DNA from: a virus
Virus record (IMG/VR): IMGVR_UViG_3300027759_000070
Coordinates: 22,972-86,971 of that record
Length of the DNA stretch: 64,000 nt
Strand: one strand, 5' to 3'
The translations under genes and the position numbers were made by a program. Each line of letters begins with the position of its first letter. Position 1 is the stretch's first letter. The notes beneath the pieces were generated by a model that saw nothing but the letters and a program-made list of their open reading frames with translations, had not been told where the DNA came from and searched no databases. This document shows, in pieces, positions 48,226 through 57,890 of the stretch.

Positions 48226-48639
48226 ATGGAATTAGATACAGACAAGAAAGAAAATAATCATAATTTTTTATGTTTTTGTAGTTTAGTGTGTATTATAAAT
48301 GGTAAAAAATTAAATTTACCAAATATATTTTTATTGGTTCTTAAAAATGAGACATATAAAACTTTATTAAAATATTTGCTAACAATAGATAACGATTATG
48401 ATCTTTTTAAGTTTTTTATAGACTACGATTCCACCATATCAAAAAGTAAATATATTTCAAAATATTTAAATTCATCACAAGGAGTAAGAATAAAGAAAAA
48501 TGTATACGGATTTAGAAAAGACAATTTACAACGAGCATCTAAAAGAATCAAGAAAGTCAAAAAACAAACCGTACAAAATAAGGAAGGATTTCTCAAAGAT
48601 AACCAACCAAACGGGGTTAATCCTGAAAAGATTATCTAG
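48226..48639 (+). CDS. Hypothetical protein
   Basis: ORF after TAGACT-N16-TAAATG; 3' end overlaps next ORF. Confidence 0.55.
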   Translation: MELDTDKKENNHNFLCFCSLVCIINGKKLNLPNIFLLVLKNETYKTLLKYLLTIDNDYDLFKFFIDYDSTISKSKYISKYLNSSQGVRIKKNVYGFRKDNLQRASKRIKKVKKQTVQNKEGFLKDNQPNGVNPEKII

Positions 48640-48796
48640 TCTTTTTCAAAAGCATAAAGAAATTAATCTTTCTGATTTTTTTAGAGCACCATATTCAGTA
48701 TATTCCGATTCCGAAAATTTTCCTTTAAAGTTCTACACATCACAAAAAGCAATTTCTATTTATAAAATTTACATGGAGTCGAAAAAAGACTCTTGA
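48500..48796 (+). CDS. Hypothetical protein (position of gp59 loader in T4)
   Basis: 98 aa basic/aromatic protein immediately before gp32; gp59 identity not established. Confidence 0.55.
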   Translation: MYTDLEKTIYNEHLKESRKSKNKPYKIRKDFSKITNQTGLILKRLSSLFQKHKEINLSDFFRAPYSVYSDSENFPLKFYTSQKAISIYKIYMESKKDS

Positions 48797-48870
48797 CTAA
48801 AACAAAAAACAATGCTAATATACCAACGTAAATTAACAAAACCAAAACAAACCAAAAACTAAAATAACCC

Positions 48871-49719
48871 ATGATTACATCATCAATGTTCCAATCCATC
48901 AAAGAAGCTCTTGCTAAGAGCGAATCGTCAACAGGAAATCCCCTTTATAAGGAAATCCTAAAGTTTAAAGAAGGCAACACATATGTTCTTCGCCTTCTTC
49001 CAAATGTTAAAGAACCATCCAAAACATTTTACCACTTCTTCACGCATGGGTGGAATAGTTTTTCTACTGGGCAGTATGTGTCTGCATTGAGCCTACAGAC
49101 TGTAGGACAACCTGATCCAATTGGCAGGGAACGCTATCGCCTGTCTAAGACGGGAACTTCTGAAGAGAAGAAGAAGGTCGAAGCAGTCAAGTGGCAGGAA
49201 CAGTGGTATGTGAATGTCTATGTGATTGATGATCCAGTTAATCCACAAAACAATGGAACAGTTAAAATCTTTCGCTACGGAAAGAAGCTAGATCAAAAGA
49301 TTACATCTGCAATTAGTGGAGATGATTCTGATGAGTTTGGAGCAAAGGTTTTTGATCTTTCTTCTTCTGGTGTCAACTTTAAGTTGAAGGTTGAAAAGAA
49401 CCAAGGTGGATACATTACTTATGATAGCAGTAGATTTACATCTCCTGTTGATCTAGGGTTAACGAAAGATCAACAGAAGGAAGTTTATGATTCTGTTTTT
49501 GATTTGTCTTCGGTTAATCAGTTGAAGACTGAAGAAGACCTGATGAAGATGTGGAATCTACACTTTCTTTGTGTTGATGAATCCAAATCTGTTAGTGTCC
49601 CAACAGAAACATTTACACCAAAACCTGTTGTTGTTGAAAAGGCAAAGAATACCCAATCGGAAGATGATGGTGAAATCTCTGATGAAATGGTTGAAGAACT
49701 ATTGAAGGGTCTTGAATAG
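48871..49719 (+). CDS. gp32: Single-stranded DNA-binding protein (gp32)
   Basis: LRLLP, YVNVYVIDDP.NP.NNG.VKIFRYGKK, G.NFKLKV, YD.S.F, acidic tail. Confidence 0.93.
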   Translation: MITSSMFQSIKEALAKSESSTGNPLYKEILKFKEGNTYVLRLLPNVKEPSKTFYHFFTHGWNSFSTGQYVSALSLQTVGQPDPIGRERYRLSKTGTSEEKKKVEAVKWQEQWYVNVYVIDDPVNPQNNGTVKIFRYGKKLDQKITSAISGDDSDEFGAKVFDLSSSGVNFKLKVEKNQGGYITYDSSRFTSPVDLGLTKDQQKEVYDSVFDLSSVNQLKTEEDLMKMWNLHFLCVDESKSVSVPTETFTPKPVVVEKAKNTQSEDDGEISDEMVEELLKGLE

Positions 49720-49736
49720 AAAAGATTAAAAATTTA

Positions 49737-49773
49737 TAAAAAACCCTGAGTATAGACAACTCAGGGTTTTTTT
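49737..49773 (+). terminator. Intrinsic terminator after gp32
   Basis: AAAAAACCCTGAGT-atagaca-ACTCAGGGTTTTTTT. Confidence 0.9.
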
Positions 49774-49785
49774 ATAAGTATTCAT

Positions 49786-50250
49786 ATGTCCGAAAACTTT
49801 TTACAAGAAAATACTGATATTGATCCAAGAGAATTACAAGATATTTTAATTGGATTTTTGGGGAGTACTTATGGCGAAGTTGCAAAATTTGATAATAATT
49901 TAATAAATGCAAATTCTACTTTATCTCATAAGAAACACGAATTTGAAAAATTAGCCGAAAGGGTACTGCATGAAGCAGCACCACGACAAAATAGAATGCA
50001 GGGGTCACCACCAAACCCCAATGCACATATACAACAATATCCTGTACAACCACATCAACCACCACCTGTACAAATTCCACAACATGTTATTGATACAAAT
50101 CAGATGGAATTTTCTTTTGATAATAGTATCACTGCTATAACAATAAATACAAAATTAGAAGACATCGAAAAGAGATTAAAAAGACTAGACAAAGCTATAG
50201 AGAATGTGATATCATTACTAGAAAAGCATGAGATTAAAGATAAACAATAA
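49786..50250 (+). CDS. Hypothetical protein
   Basis: 154 aa, P/Q-rich linker, C-terminal coiled coil. Confidence 0.7.
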   Translation: MSENFLQENTDIDPRELQDILIGFLGSTYGEVAKFDNNLINANSTLSHKKHEFEKLAERVLHEAAPRQNRMQGSPPNPNAHIQQYPVQPHQPPPVQIPQHVIDTNQMEFSFDNSITAITINTKLEDIEKRLKRLDKAIENVISLLEKHEIKDKQ

Positions 50251-50968
50251 AGTAGATTTTGTTCAAAAGTTTCTTAGTCCTATTTCTAGGATTAATGATT
50301 TGTGTACTTTAAAAATACAAGCTGACGGAATTTCCAATTTGAGTAGAACTTCTGATAATAGTTTTGCATTGTATGCAAATTGTTTAGATGTTGAAGTTTT
50401 AGATTATGAAGTAGATCAGAATGTAAGTTTTTCTGATGTCAAGAAATTTATAAAGGCTTTTGATTGTGTTCAAACACCATCTGTTGAATTGGTGATAAGT
50501 AAAAATAAAATTGAATATACATCATCAGATATTAAGTTTAAGTTCCATTTAATAGATGATAACATAATCAAATCTCCAAATTTTACGGTGGATAAGATAA
50601 ATTCATTTACATATGATACAGAATTTAGATTGTATCCACCAGTTATAACATCTTTAATAAAAAGCAGTACATTTATTACTGATAGTAATAAAATATATAT
50701 CCAGACAAACGAATCTAAAGTTTTTGGAGAATTATCTGATAAAACCAGAGACAATATAGATAGTTTCACTACAGTATTGTCTGAGGAATATACTGGAGAA
50801 GATGTTAATCCTCCTTTGGTTTTTAATTTTGATGTATTTAGGAATATTTCAATACTAAAGGTTCAAGAGATGGATGTTAAATTAAATACTGAAAGAGGGT
50901 TTATTGCTTTCGATGTCAAAGAAGATAAGTATAATCTTAAATATATAGCAACAGCAATGGTATCTTGA
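50228..50968 (+). CDS. gp45: Sliding clamp (gp45/PCNA-like)
   Basis: 246 aa with two-domain clamp-like pattern, ends LKYIATAM; replication context. Confidence 0.7.
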   Translation: MRLKINNKVDFVQKFLSPISRINDLCTLKIQADGISNLSRTSDNSFALYANCLDVEVLDYEVDQNVSFSDVKKFIKAFDCVQTPSVELVISKNKIEYTSSDIKFKFHLIDDNIIKSPNFTVDKINSFTYDTEFRLYPPVITSLIKSSTFITDSNKIYIQTNESKVFGELSDKTRDNIDSFTTVLSEEYTGEDVNPPLVFNFDVFRNISILKVQEMDVKLNTERGFIAFDVKEDKYNLKYIATAMVS

Positions 50969-50969
50969 T

Positions 50970-51326
50970 ATGAATTTAAATAAAAGACAACAGAATAAAA
51001 TTAAGACTCCTGGTTACTTTATAAAAAGACTAAGAGATTGTAAATTTGGTGTCTTGAGAGTATTCCAACAATATGGAATACAAGACCATAGAAGATGGAC
51101 AGTAATGATTGACCCTGGTGGTTGTTCTATTTTTGTAACTTGTTATAATAATAGAAGTTTTAATGATGAGATTATGTTTGAATTTAATGATGGTGGAAAT
51201 TATTTTCCTAAAAATTTTTCTATTAGCACAGAATCAATAGAAGTTATAGTACAATTATTGATAGATAAAAAGGTTCCATCATTAGATAATGATAGTAAAT
51301 TTTACAAGGAAAAATCAAATGATTGA
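50970..51326 (+). CDS. Hypothetical protein
   Basis: 118 aa ORF in operon. Confidence 0.7.
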   Translation: MNLNKRQQNKIKTPGYFIKRLRDCKFGVLRVFQQYGIQDHRRWTVMIDPGGCSIFVTCYNNRSFNDEIMFEFNDGGNYFPKNFSISTESIEVIVQLLIDKKVPSLDNDSKFYKEKSND

Positions 51327-51663
51327 AAATAGTGATGAAACACCTAACCCAAAAAAGAAAAAAGTTGTAAGTAAGAAAAAAATAACTTCCTCTTCGATTT
51401 CTTCTGAACAGATTCAACGTCTTCTAAAAGAAGCTTTGATGAAAAATATGGAAGAAAGATTTAAGAGAAGTGATGTTGAGGTGGATGCATTGATTTCCAC
51501 TATGGAAGAGTTTCTTAGATCATTTATAGTAATAGGTTATAACATGAACAATGAACCAATAGTGATTACAAATGCAAAATCACAATTAGATGCTGATGCA
51601 TTATATACTTCATTAGGAAGGTTGTTTTATTCGATAAATAATGGTGGAGGAAATAGTTTATAA
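51319..51663 (+). CDS. Hypothetical protein
   Basis: ATG overlapping upstream stop region. Confidence 0.65.
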   Translation: MIENSDETPNPKKKKVVSKKKITSSSISSEQIQRLLKEALMKNMEERFKRSDVEVDALISTMEEFLRSFIVIGYNMNNEPIVITNAKSQLDADALYTSLGRLFYSINNGGGNSL

Positions 51664-51935
51664 TGAAAAAGGATGAAGAAAATCACCCAATAGTAGGTCA
51701 CTCTTATGCCATCTTAACTGGAGGGTATGTTGGTGAAATTTTTGTTTTTATTGAAGAACAAGAGCATGGATACGGTTTTATATCTATACCAAAAAATATA
51801 AACAGAAGTGTACCAAAAGATAAGTTTCATTATGGTTTATCACATAATATTGTTGAGCATGTTGAGAAGATACAGACCAAAGTTTTCAATCTATTGAAAA
51901 AACAACATGCATTTAACCTGAATAGTGATAAATAG
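51663..51935 (+). CDS. Hypothetical protein
   Basis: TAATG coupling; 90 aa. Confidence 0.65.
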   Translation: MKKDEENHPIVGHSYAILTGGYVGEIFVFIEEQEHGYGFISIPKNINRSVPKDKFHYGLSHNIVEHVEKIQTKVFNLLKKQHAFNLNSDK

Positions 51936-51939
51936 TATT

Positions 51940-52143
51940 ATGGAAATAGTAAGACCAATACAAATAACTTCCCCTATTAGCGGAGAACCAGTTAACCCCC
52001 GTATTGTTGAGCGTATGTATGGGGATAAAATATATGTGGAAGCACATTGGATATGCCCTAAGTCTGGTTCTTTTATCAGAAAAGGAATGGTAAAGATTTT
52101 GGATGCAGTTACAAAAGAAGATATCACTTCTCAATGTAGGTAA
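51940..52143 (+). CDS. Small hypothetical protein
   Basis: ATAAATA-N5-ATG; SPISGEP and CPKSG knuckle-like motifs. Confidence 0.6.
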   Translation: MEIVRPIQITSPISGEPVNPRIVERMYGDKIYVEAHWICPKSGSFIRKGMVKILDAVTKEDITSQCR

Positions 52144-52182
52144 GTGTTGTGTTTTTTGAGTTTTATGGTATAATCTCTTATT

Positions 52183-53181
52183 GTGAGAAACTTACCAGAA
52201 GATTATGTTGTAAATAAATTCTTTCAGTTTGTCGGTGCTCCTGAAAGAAATAAATACAATAATACATATCAAGGATCTTGTCCTATATGCAGAGAAGGAT
52301 CAAGTTGGCTTAAAAAAAGAAGATTCTATTATATTCCAAAAAATAATAGAATCTTTTGCCATAATTGTGGATATAACAAATCTCCTGTAAGCTGGATATC
52401 AGAAATTACTGGATCTAGCATAAGTGAGATACTGCTAGAGTCTAATGATTCGGCAACAGAATTAAATTTTGAAGATGAACCACTTCATAAAGGTTTAGTT
52501 TATACGGAAACTTTACCAAAAGACTGCATCAATCTTTTCAATAAAAACCAATTAAATTTTTACAGAAATGATAGAATTGTCCAAAAAGCATTGGACTTCA
52601 TGAATCGACGTTTATTGGGATTATCAATTAATAAACCACAAGGGTTGTACTTGTCTTTAACGGATAAAGTACATAAAAATAGATTGGTCATACCATTTTA
52701 TGATGAGAACAACAAAATTGTTTATTATCAAACAAGAACAATTCTGGAAACCGATGAATTATGTAAACCAAGATATCTATCTAAGATTGGGAGTGACAAA
52801 ACTATATTTAACATTAATAATATTGATGTATCATTAGATAATATTTTTATATTTGAAGGTCCGATAAATTCTTGTTTTATGAAAAATGGGGTAGCAATAG
52901 GAGGCATACAAGAGAATTCATATCAACTGTTTACTACAAGACAACAAGAACAGATTGATAAGTATCCGTTTCACAAAAAAATATGGATACTCGATTCGCA
53001 ATGGAAAGATAAAGCATCTTTAAATAAAACAAAAAAATTGTTAGAATTGAAACAAAATGTTTTTATTTGGCCCAAAGAAATTGGAAAAAGATATAAGGAT
53101 TTTAATGATATAACGATATCACTAAACAAAACTGAAATATCTCCAGAATTTGTATTAAAATATACAATAAAAGGAAGTTAA
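52183..53181 (+). CDS. gp61: DNA primase (gp61)
   Basis: CPIC...CHNCG zinc finger, RLVIPFYD, YQTR, FEGPINS, KDFND; GTG after TGGTATAAT. Confidence 0.92.
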   Translation: MRNLPEDYVVNKFFQFVGAPERNKYNNTYQGSCPICREGSSWLKKRRFYYIPKNNRIFCHNCGYNKSPVSWISEITGSSISEILLESNDSATELNFEDEPLHKGLVYTETLPKDCINLFNKNQLNFYRNDRIVQKALDFMNRRLLGLSINKPQGLYLSLTDKVHKNRLVIPFYDENNKIVYYQTRTILETDELCKPRYLSKIGSDKTIFNINNIDVSLDNIFIFEGPINSCFMKNGVAIGGIQENSYQLFTTRQQEQIDKYPFHKKIWILDSQWKDKASLNKTKKLLELKQNVFIWPKEIGKRYKDFNDITISLNKTEISPEFVLKYTIKGS

Positions 53182-53603
53182 ACTCCCTTATATTTGGGAT
53201 CAGAAGCACTGGCTAGATAACCTTTTAACATTTCGTTCAAGGACGTAACTTCCATAGAAACACGAGCAATTTTTTTAGTTTCTGCTACTCTAATTTTGTC
53301 GAAAAGAGAATCTGGAATACAATTTTTTAATTTAGATTGCATAGATTCTGGTCCAGTACCATTCAAAGAATCGGAGAATTGTTCTAAACTTGAAATCCAA
53401 GTTTGTAAAGATGCAACCATTTGTTGTTGCATTTTAGATGTGGCTGCAAGATGATCTGCTGCCGCACCACCATCAACATCAAAATCTGCTGGATTTGTCC
53501 CTTTATCTAGGCTTTGTTCCATTGCCTGACCATCTGTCATCTCTTCTGGGGTGGGTTGTTCGCGTAATACACGGACAAATGCTTTTTGGAATATATTATT
53601 CAT
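53178..53603 (-). CDS. Hypothetical late protein, possible internal head protein
   Basis: MNNIFQKAFVRVLREQ; CTAAATA-N5-ATG. Confidence 0.75.
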   Translation of the reverse strand: MNNIFQKAFVRVLREQPTPEEMTDGQAMEQSLDKGTNPADFDVDGGAAADHLAATSKMQQQMVASLQTWISSLEQFSDSLNGTGPESMQSKLKNCIPDSLFDKIRVAETKKIARVSMEVTSLNEMLKGYLASASDPKYKGV

Positions 53604-53637
53604 GTGATTATTTAGTCGAAAATAGTAAATAATTACA

Positions 53638-54000
53638 GTGAAACCTAAAAATTTAAGAGAAGATATAATGGCTAATTCTGAAAGGCAGGTGGCGGGTGTT
53701 GGACCCGGTGCAACAGATCAACCATTCTACCAGATGGCAATACCAAAACCTGATGAAGGTCATATCAAATCTGGTAATATAAATTATCCATTTGAGATGG
53801 CACGATTTAAGGAAGAAATATTTAATATATTTGAGAAGATGGTAATTCTTCGAAATGAATTTGAGAAAGCAAAAGAAAATCCATCTGTAACCGATTCACA
53901 AAAAATAGGGTTAGATAAATCAATTAAAAGAATGGATTTGATAAATCAAAAATTAATACAAATACCCGATTTTTTAACTATTTTTAGTGTTGAAATTTAA
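53638..54000 (+). CDS. Hypothetical late protein
   Basis: GTAAATA-N6-GTG; NLRED. Confidence 0.65.
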   Translation: MKPKNLREDIMANSERQVAGVGPGATDQPFYQMAIPKPDEGHIKSGNINYPFEMARFKEEIFNIFEKMVILRNEFEKAKENPSVTDSQKIGLDKSIKRMDLINQKLIQIPDFLTIFSVEI

Positions 54001-54023
54001 TAATATTGTGGTATAATATAATG

Positions 54024-54446
54024 ATGTGGTTGAATTTTTTAAAACCTATATTAACACTATTTTCTATTAGTTCTATATTCGCATTATCATTTTCAAATGA
54101 TTGGGTTTCATTTTTAAAATTATTTTTAGTTTCATGCTTAACTCAAGTATTTGTTTATAATGTCTATAAACACATTCTACATCTTTCTGCTGAAAGAATA
54201 AAAAATGATAGAATTAAAGAGTTTTCTAAACAAGGCATGGATATTGTTTGTCCTTGTTATTTAGAAAAGAGAATGTTTGTACCAGTTGAATTGAATACGA
54301 CAAATACATTCAATTGTGATGAATGTAAAAAGGATTGTATAATTCAAATTACTGCAAAAACTTTTAATAAAACGGATATAATTGATTTAGACGGAGCGGA
54401 TGCTGCTCTTATTGAAGTCTACAATAAAATACAAAGCGCACCATAA
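54024..54446 (+). CDS. Membrane protein with zinc-ribbon-like domain
   Basis: Two N-terminal hydrophobic helices, CPC and CDEC; TTGAAA-N16-TATAAT upstream. Confidence 0.7.
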   Translation: MWLNFLKPILTLFSISSIFALSFSNDWVSFLKLFLVSCLTQVFVYNVYKHILHLSAERIKNDRIKEFSKQGMDIVCPCYLEKRMFVPVELNTTNTFNCDECKKDCIIQITAKTFNKTDIIDLDGADAALIEVYNKIQSAP

Positions 54447-54449
54447 TAT

Positions 54450-54845
54450 ATGGAGTTTCAATCAAAAGAGTTGATGTCTGCCGTTGATGTGGATTCGTCT
54501 ATAACATACTCGAAACCAATATCTTTGGATGTAAAATCATTAAAAGATGATATTAGAATTTTTATCTTATCGAAAGATAAAGCACTTTTAAATGCCTTCG
54601 AGGAAGCATCTTTAAAAAGATCGCCAACTATATACGGAAATGACACTTTAAAGAATATTTTAAATATATTAAAGGATAATTTGTGTTCAAAATATAAACA
54701 CGATAATGTTAAACAATTAACATTGAGAAAGAATTTTGATATTATTTTTTCTGTATTAGATACACTTACAATTAATGGTATTGGTTGTACGTCTGATGAA
54801 CTAAATACCATTATTTTGGGATTTTTGAGTAATAATTTTATATGA
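54450..54845 (+). CDS. Hypothetical protein
   Basis: 131 aa ORF in operon. Confidence 0.6.
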   Translation: MEFQSKELMSAVDVDSSITYSKPISLDVKSLKDDIRIFILSKDKALLNAFEEASLKRSPTIYGNDTLKNILNILKDNLCSKYKHDNVKQLTLRKNFDIIFSVLDTLTINGIGCTSDELNTIILGFLSNNFI

Positions 54846-55084
54846 TAAACCGTGTTTCGGTGAAAACTAAATCAAACAAAGAGCATGTAATGGATGTCGA
54901 AACCTATGCTAGATGGTTGTGCTTGGTTGAAGCATTGGAATTTATAAATCAAAAAGCAAAACATAGCAAAATTGACTTAGATAAAGATGATAAATGGATT
55001 AAGCCACTAGCTATACAAAAATACATAAAACAACGATATCCGAGTATGTTTCATGATTTTAGGATAGAAGAGTATTTGGTTTAG
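54842..55084 (+). CDS. Hypothetical protein
   Basis: 80 aa, ATGA overlap. Confidence 0.65.
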   Translation: MINRVSVKTKSNKEHVMDVETYARWLCLVEALEFINQKAKHSKIDLDKDDKWIKPLAIQKYIKQRYPSMFHDFRIEEYLV

Positions 55085-56343
55085 ATTATAGATATAAATG
55101 CAGGTGTAGCGGTTCCAGTGTACATATTACTATAATCGTTTACTGTATTATTGAATGGAGCTTTTCCTACATCATTTAAACAAGCTAAAACTTCAGCATT
55201 AGTTGGTCTAGTTAAGGGATCTGTAAAATATCTATCAGGATCATCAACATCTGTTATGGCTGGTTTATAAGCTTGTGTGCATCCAATTTGATATCCACTA
55301 GATCCAGCATCAGTTTTTCCCCATATATTTAAATCACAACCAAAAGGTTTCCAAAATATAAATCTACCATTTCCATCGTGTGCATCATCTAAATCATCAC
55401 CAATAGGACCAATTAATCCATGAAAAAATGAATCAGTAGTCCACACACCTAAAGAATTTTGGTATGGTTTGCTTATCATACTGATATAGTATTGATCTGG
55501 AACATTATATGCATCAAAACAAAATATAAACCATCCTTCGGATTTAAATGGATAATCGTTTGTAACAGTATCATACATAGGATACTTAGAAAAAGCTTTT
55601 GGTACATTATTTTCATTTATAGTTCTTCCTAAAAAGCCTTGCACTATTCTAATAAGACTATCATTTATACTACCACCAACAGAGGCTTTTTCTGTATTTT
55701 TGATGCCACATATACTATTTTGTATTTCATAATTTATAAATGATATTCCAGCAGAAGCTCCAAGTGGTAAAGCCGAAGTTGTAAATTTAATAACAGTATC
55801 TGTAACACTATCTATAGTTATATTTGGTGATGCAACCACACTACCAGTTACTATACTTATGTTTTGTGCTGGAACATTAACATCTCTGTCAGGAACACCA
55901 TTATTGAAGGTAATTGCTCCTGGTGCTGTGTTGGTTTTTGTTATATCAAATGTATAAGAAGTGCTTTCAGTTAAATTTAAAGATTTTGGTTCTTGTTTAG
56001 GTGGTAAACATTTTACAGCAACTTTTACTGTACCAGTATTTGATGATGCCATACCATCTGTAACATTATAAGTAAACATATCATTACCAAACCAATTAGT
56101 CTTTGGTGTATATGTAAATGTTTTTTTGTCCCCACTTCTGGTTATAGTAGATCCTCCCAAAGACGTACTATCAAAAGTGTTTATGGTTATATTTCCATCT
56201 GGAAAAGAATCTTGGTCAAAATCATTAATTAAAGCATTAATATTAATTGGTATCCCCATGTTTGTTTCATAAGAATCATCAAAAACTACTGGTGGTAAGT
56301 TTTTGACACTAATTGTGATTGCATATCCAACTCCTATAGCCAT
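55081..56343 (-). CDS. Virion protein with cadherin/Big_9 Ig-like domain
   Basis: PPVVFDDSY, LINDFD.D, TYTP..NWFGNDMFTYNVTDG; ATG 56343 follows upstream stop. Confidence 0.75.
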   Translation of the reverse strand: MAIGVGYAITISVKNLPPVVFDDSYETNMGIPININALINDFDQDSFPDGNITINTFDSTSLGGSTITRSGDKKTFTYTPKTNWFGNDMFTYNVTDGMASSNTGTVKVAVKCLPPKQEPKSLNLTESTSYTFDITKTNTAPGAITFNNGVPDRDVNVPAQNISIVTGSVVASPNITIDSVTDTVIKFTTSALPLGASAGISFINYEIQNSICGIKNTEKASVGGSINDSLIRIVQGFLGRTINENNVPKAFSKYPMYDTVTNDYPFKSEGWFIFCFDAYNVPDQYYISMISKPYQNSLGVWTTDSFFHGLIGPIGDDLDDAHDGNGRFIFWKPFGCDLNIWGKTDAGSSGYQIGCTQAYKPAITDVDDPDRYFTDPLTRPTNAEVLACLNDVGKAPFNNTVNDYSNMYTGTATPAFISII

Positions 56344-56345
56344 AA

Positions 56346-57881
56346 TTAATAGTTTTGTCCTCCAATAAACCCATACCAAGTAGTACCGACTTTAGTTAAA
56401 CAAAATATGTCAACTTTATCTTGTACTTTAGTTATTTCTGGAGTTCTTGTTGCTGCCCATTTTACTGGAGTATTATTTATTTTCCAATTAGTTACATTAA
56501 AAGGAGCTATATTAGTTCCTTTTTGGGTTATAAAAAGAGATACGGTATATGAATCTGCTGGTTCATCAGTAAATGTAAATTCGGTTATATTTCCTGTCAT
56601 ATTTATTGTAAATATGTTTGAGGATTTTATGGATAATGATACATTTCCACTAGATCCTCCAACAGTATATTTTTCCGAATGATTTTTTATTATTAATCTT
56701 CCTGACATTTCTCCACCAGAAAGTGGTAAAAAATTGTCATCTACATAAGATTTTTTAGCTAAATTACCAGATGTGTTTGATACCAAAGTATCAACATAAA
56801 CTTTAGTAACAAGATTTCTAGCAACTGCTGGATTATCATAAGGTGCTGTAATATAACCTTGAGTCATTGTGCCACCAGATAATGGCAAATAGTTCGAAAG
56901 ATTACTAAATTTAACATCTACATAATTTTTAGTTGAAGCTTGTTTTGGATCTGATAACAATACTGGATCTTCGTTTAAGATCAATTTTCCAGTCATTGTA
57001 TCATTTCCAGAAATATGTACAAAATTGCTATTTACATATGATTGTTTCGCTAAAAGTCCAGAAACCCCACTTAATGTAGTATCAACATAATTTTTATTGG
57101 TTGCATGACCAGATAAAGTAGGTAATCCACCTAGTGTCAAATAACTACCAACTTCCATCGAATCGGTAGATTTTTTTAAATATGTGGTATTATTGGTATT
57201 TCCAGCATTTGTTAATTTTGTTGTTATCTGGTCATCAACATATTTTTTATTTGCTGCTACGTTATCACCCTGTCCAGTTACATCACCAACGAGATACAAA
57301 TATCCCGTCATTGGTTTGGAAGCTCCACCAGATAGAGGAACAAATTTATCTACATAATTTTTATTGGCTGCTTGTTCTGCTGATATTGGATCATTATACA
57401 AATGTAAATATCCAGACATTTTTTTAGACTGTCCTCCAGATAAAGGAACATAAGCACCAGATAATTTGTCTACATATTGTTTATTCACCGCATCATTTGC
57501 AGATAATGGTGTATCTAGATTCTTGATTCTGTAATTGTGCATGTCCACAATACTATAAAATTCAGAAGTTCCGCTAACTGTCAGTGTATTGTTGAGATAC
57601 AATGGACCCGCCATTTTTTCTGTTTGTAGATAATTTAATCCTCCTTTATCTAATTTTGATTGAAGTTGTTGGTTTGCGGTATTTACTGAATTTTGTAATG
57701 TAGTTAATCTTGTGTTTAAACCAGCTAAAACATCACCGCTAATTTTTTTAGACAATGTATCTAATCTTATCTTTTTAGTAAAATATGTTCCTCTATTGCT
57801 ATCACCAACATCAAATACAGTATAATCCGTATCTTTGATAACAGATGATTCGTCTAGTCTATTTATAAAAGAATCTGGCAT
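56346..57881 (-). CDS. Tail fibre protein with K.YVD / LPLSGG repeats
   Basis: Repeated A.NK.YVD...(Y/F)(V/L)PLSGG..M.G.L units; C-terminal WAA...P.IT...KVDIF domain. Confidence 0.8.
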   Translation of the reverse strand: MPDSFINRLDESSVIKDTDYTVFDVGDSNRGTYFTKKIRLDTLSKKISGDVLAGLNTRLTTLQNSVNTANQQLQSKLDKGGLNYLQTEKMAGPLYLNNTLTVSGTSEFYSIVDMHNYRIKNLDTPLSANDAVNKQYVDKLSGAYVPLSGGQSKKMSGYLHLYNDPISAEQAANKNYVDKFVPLSGGASKPMTGYLYLVGDVTGQGDNVAANKKYVDDQITTKLTNAGNTNNTTYLKKSTDSMEVGSYLTLGGLPTLSGHATNKNYVDTTLSGVSGLLAKQSYVNSNFVHISGNDTMTGKLILNEDPVLLSDPKQASTKNYVDVKFSNLSNYLPLSGGTMTQGYITAPYDNPAVARNLVTKVYVDTLVSNTSGNLAKKSYVDDNFLPLSGGEMSGRLIIKNHSEKYTVGGSSGNVSLSIKSSNIFTINMTGNITEFTFTDEPADSYTVSLFITQKGTNIAPFNVTNWKINNTPVKWAATRTPEITKVQDKVDIFCLTKVGTTWYGFIGGQNY

Positions 57882-57890
57882 ACAAATTAT

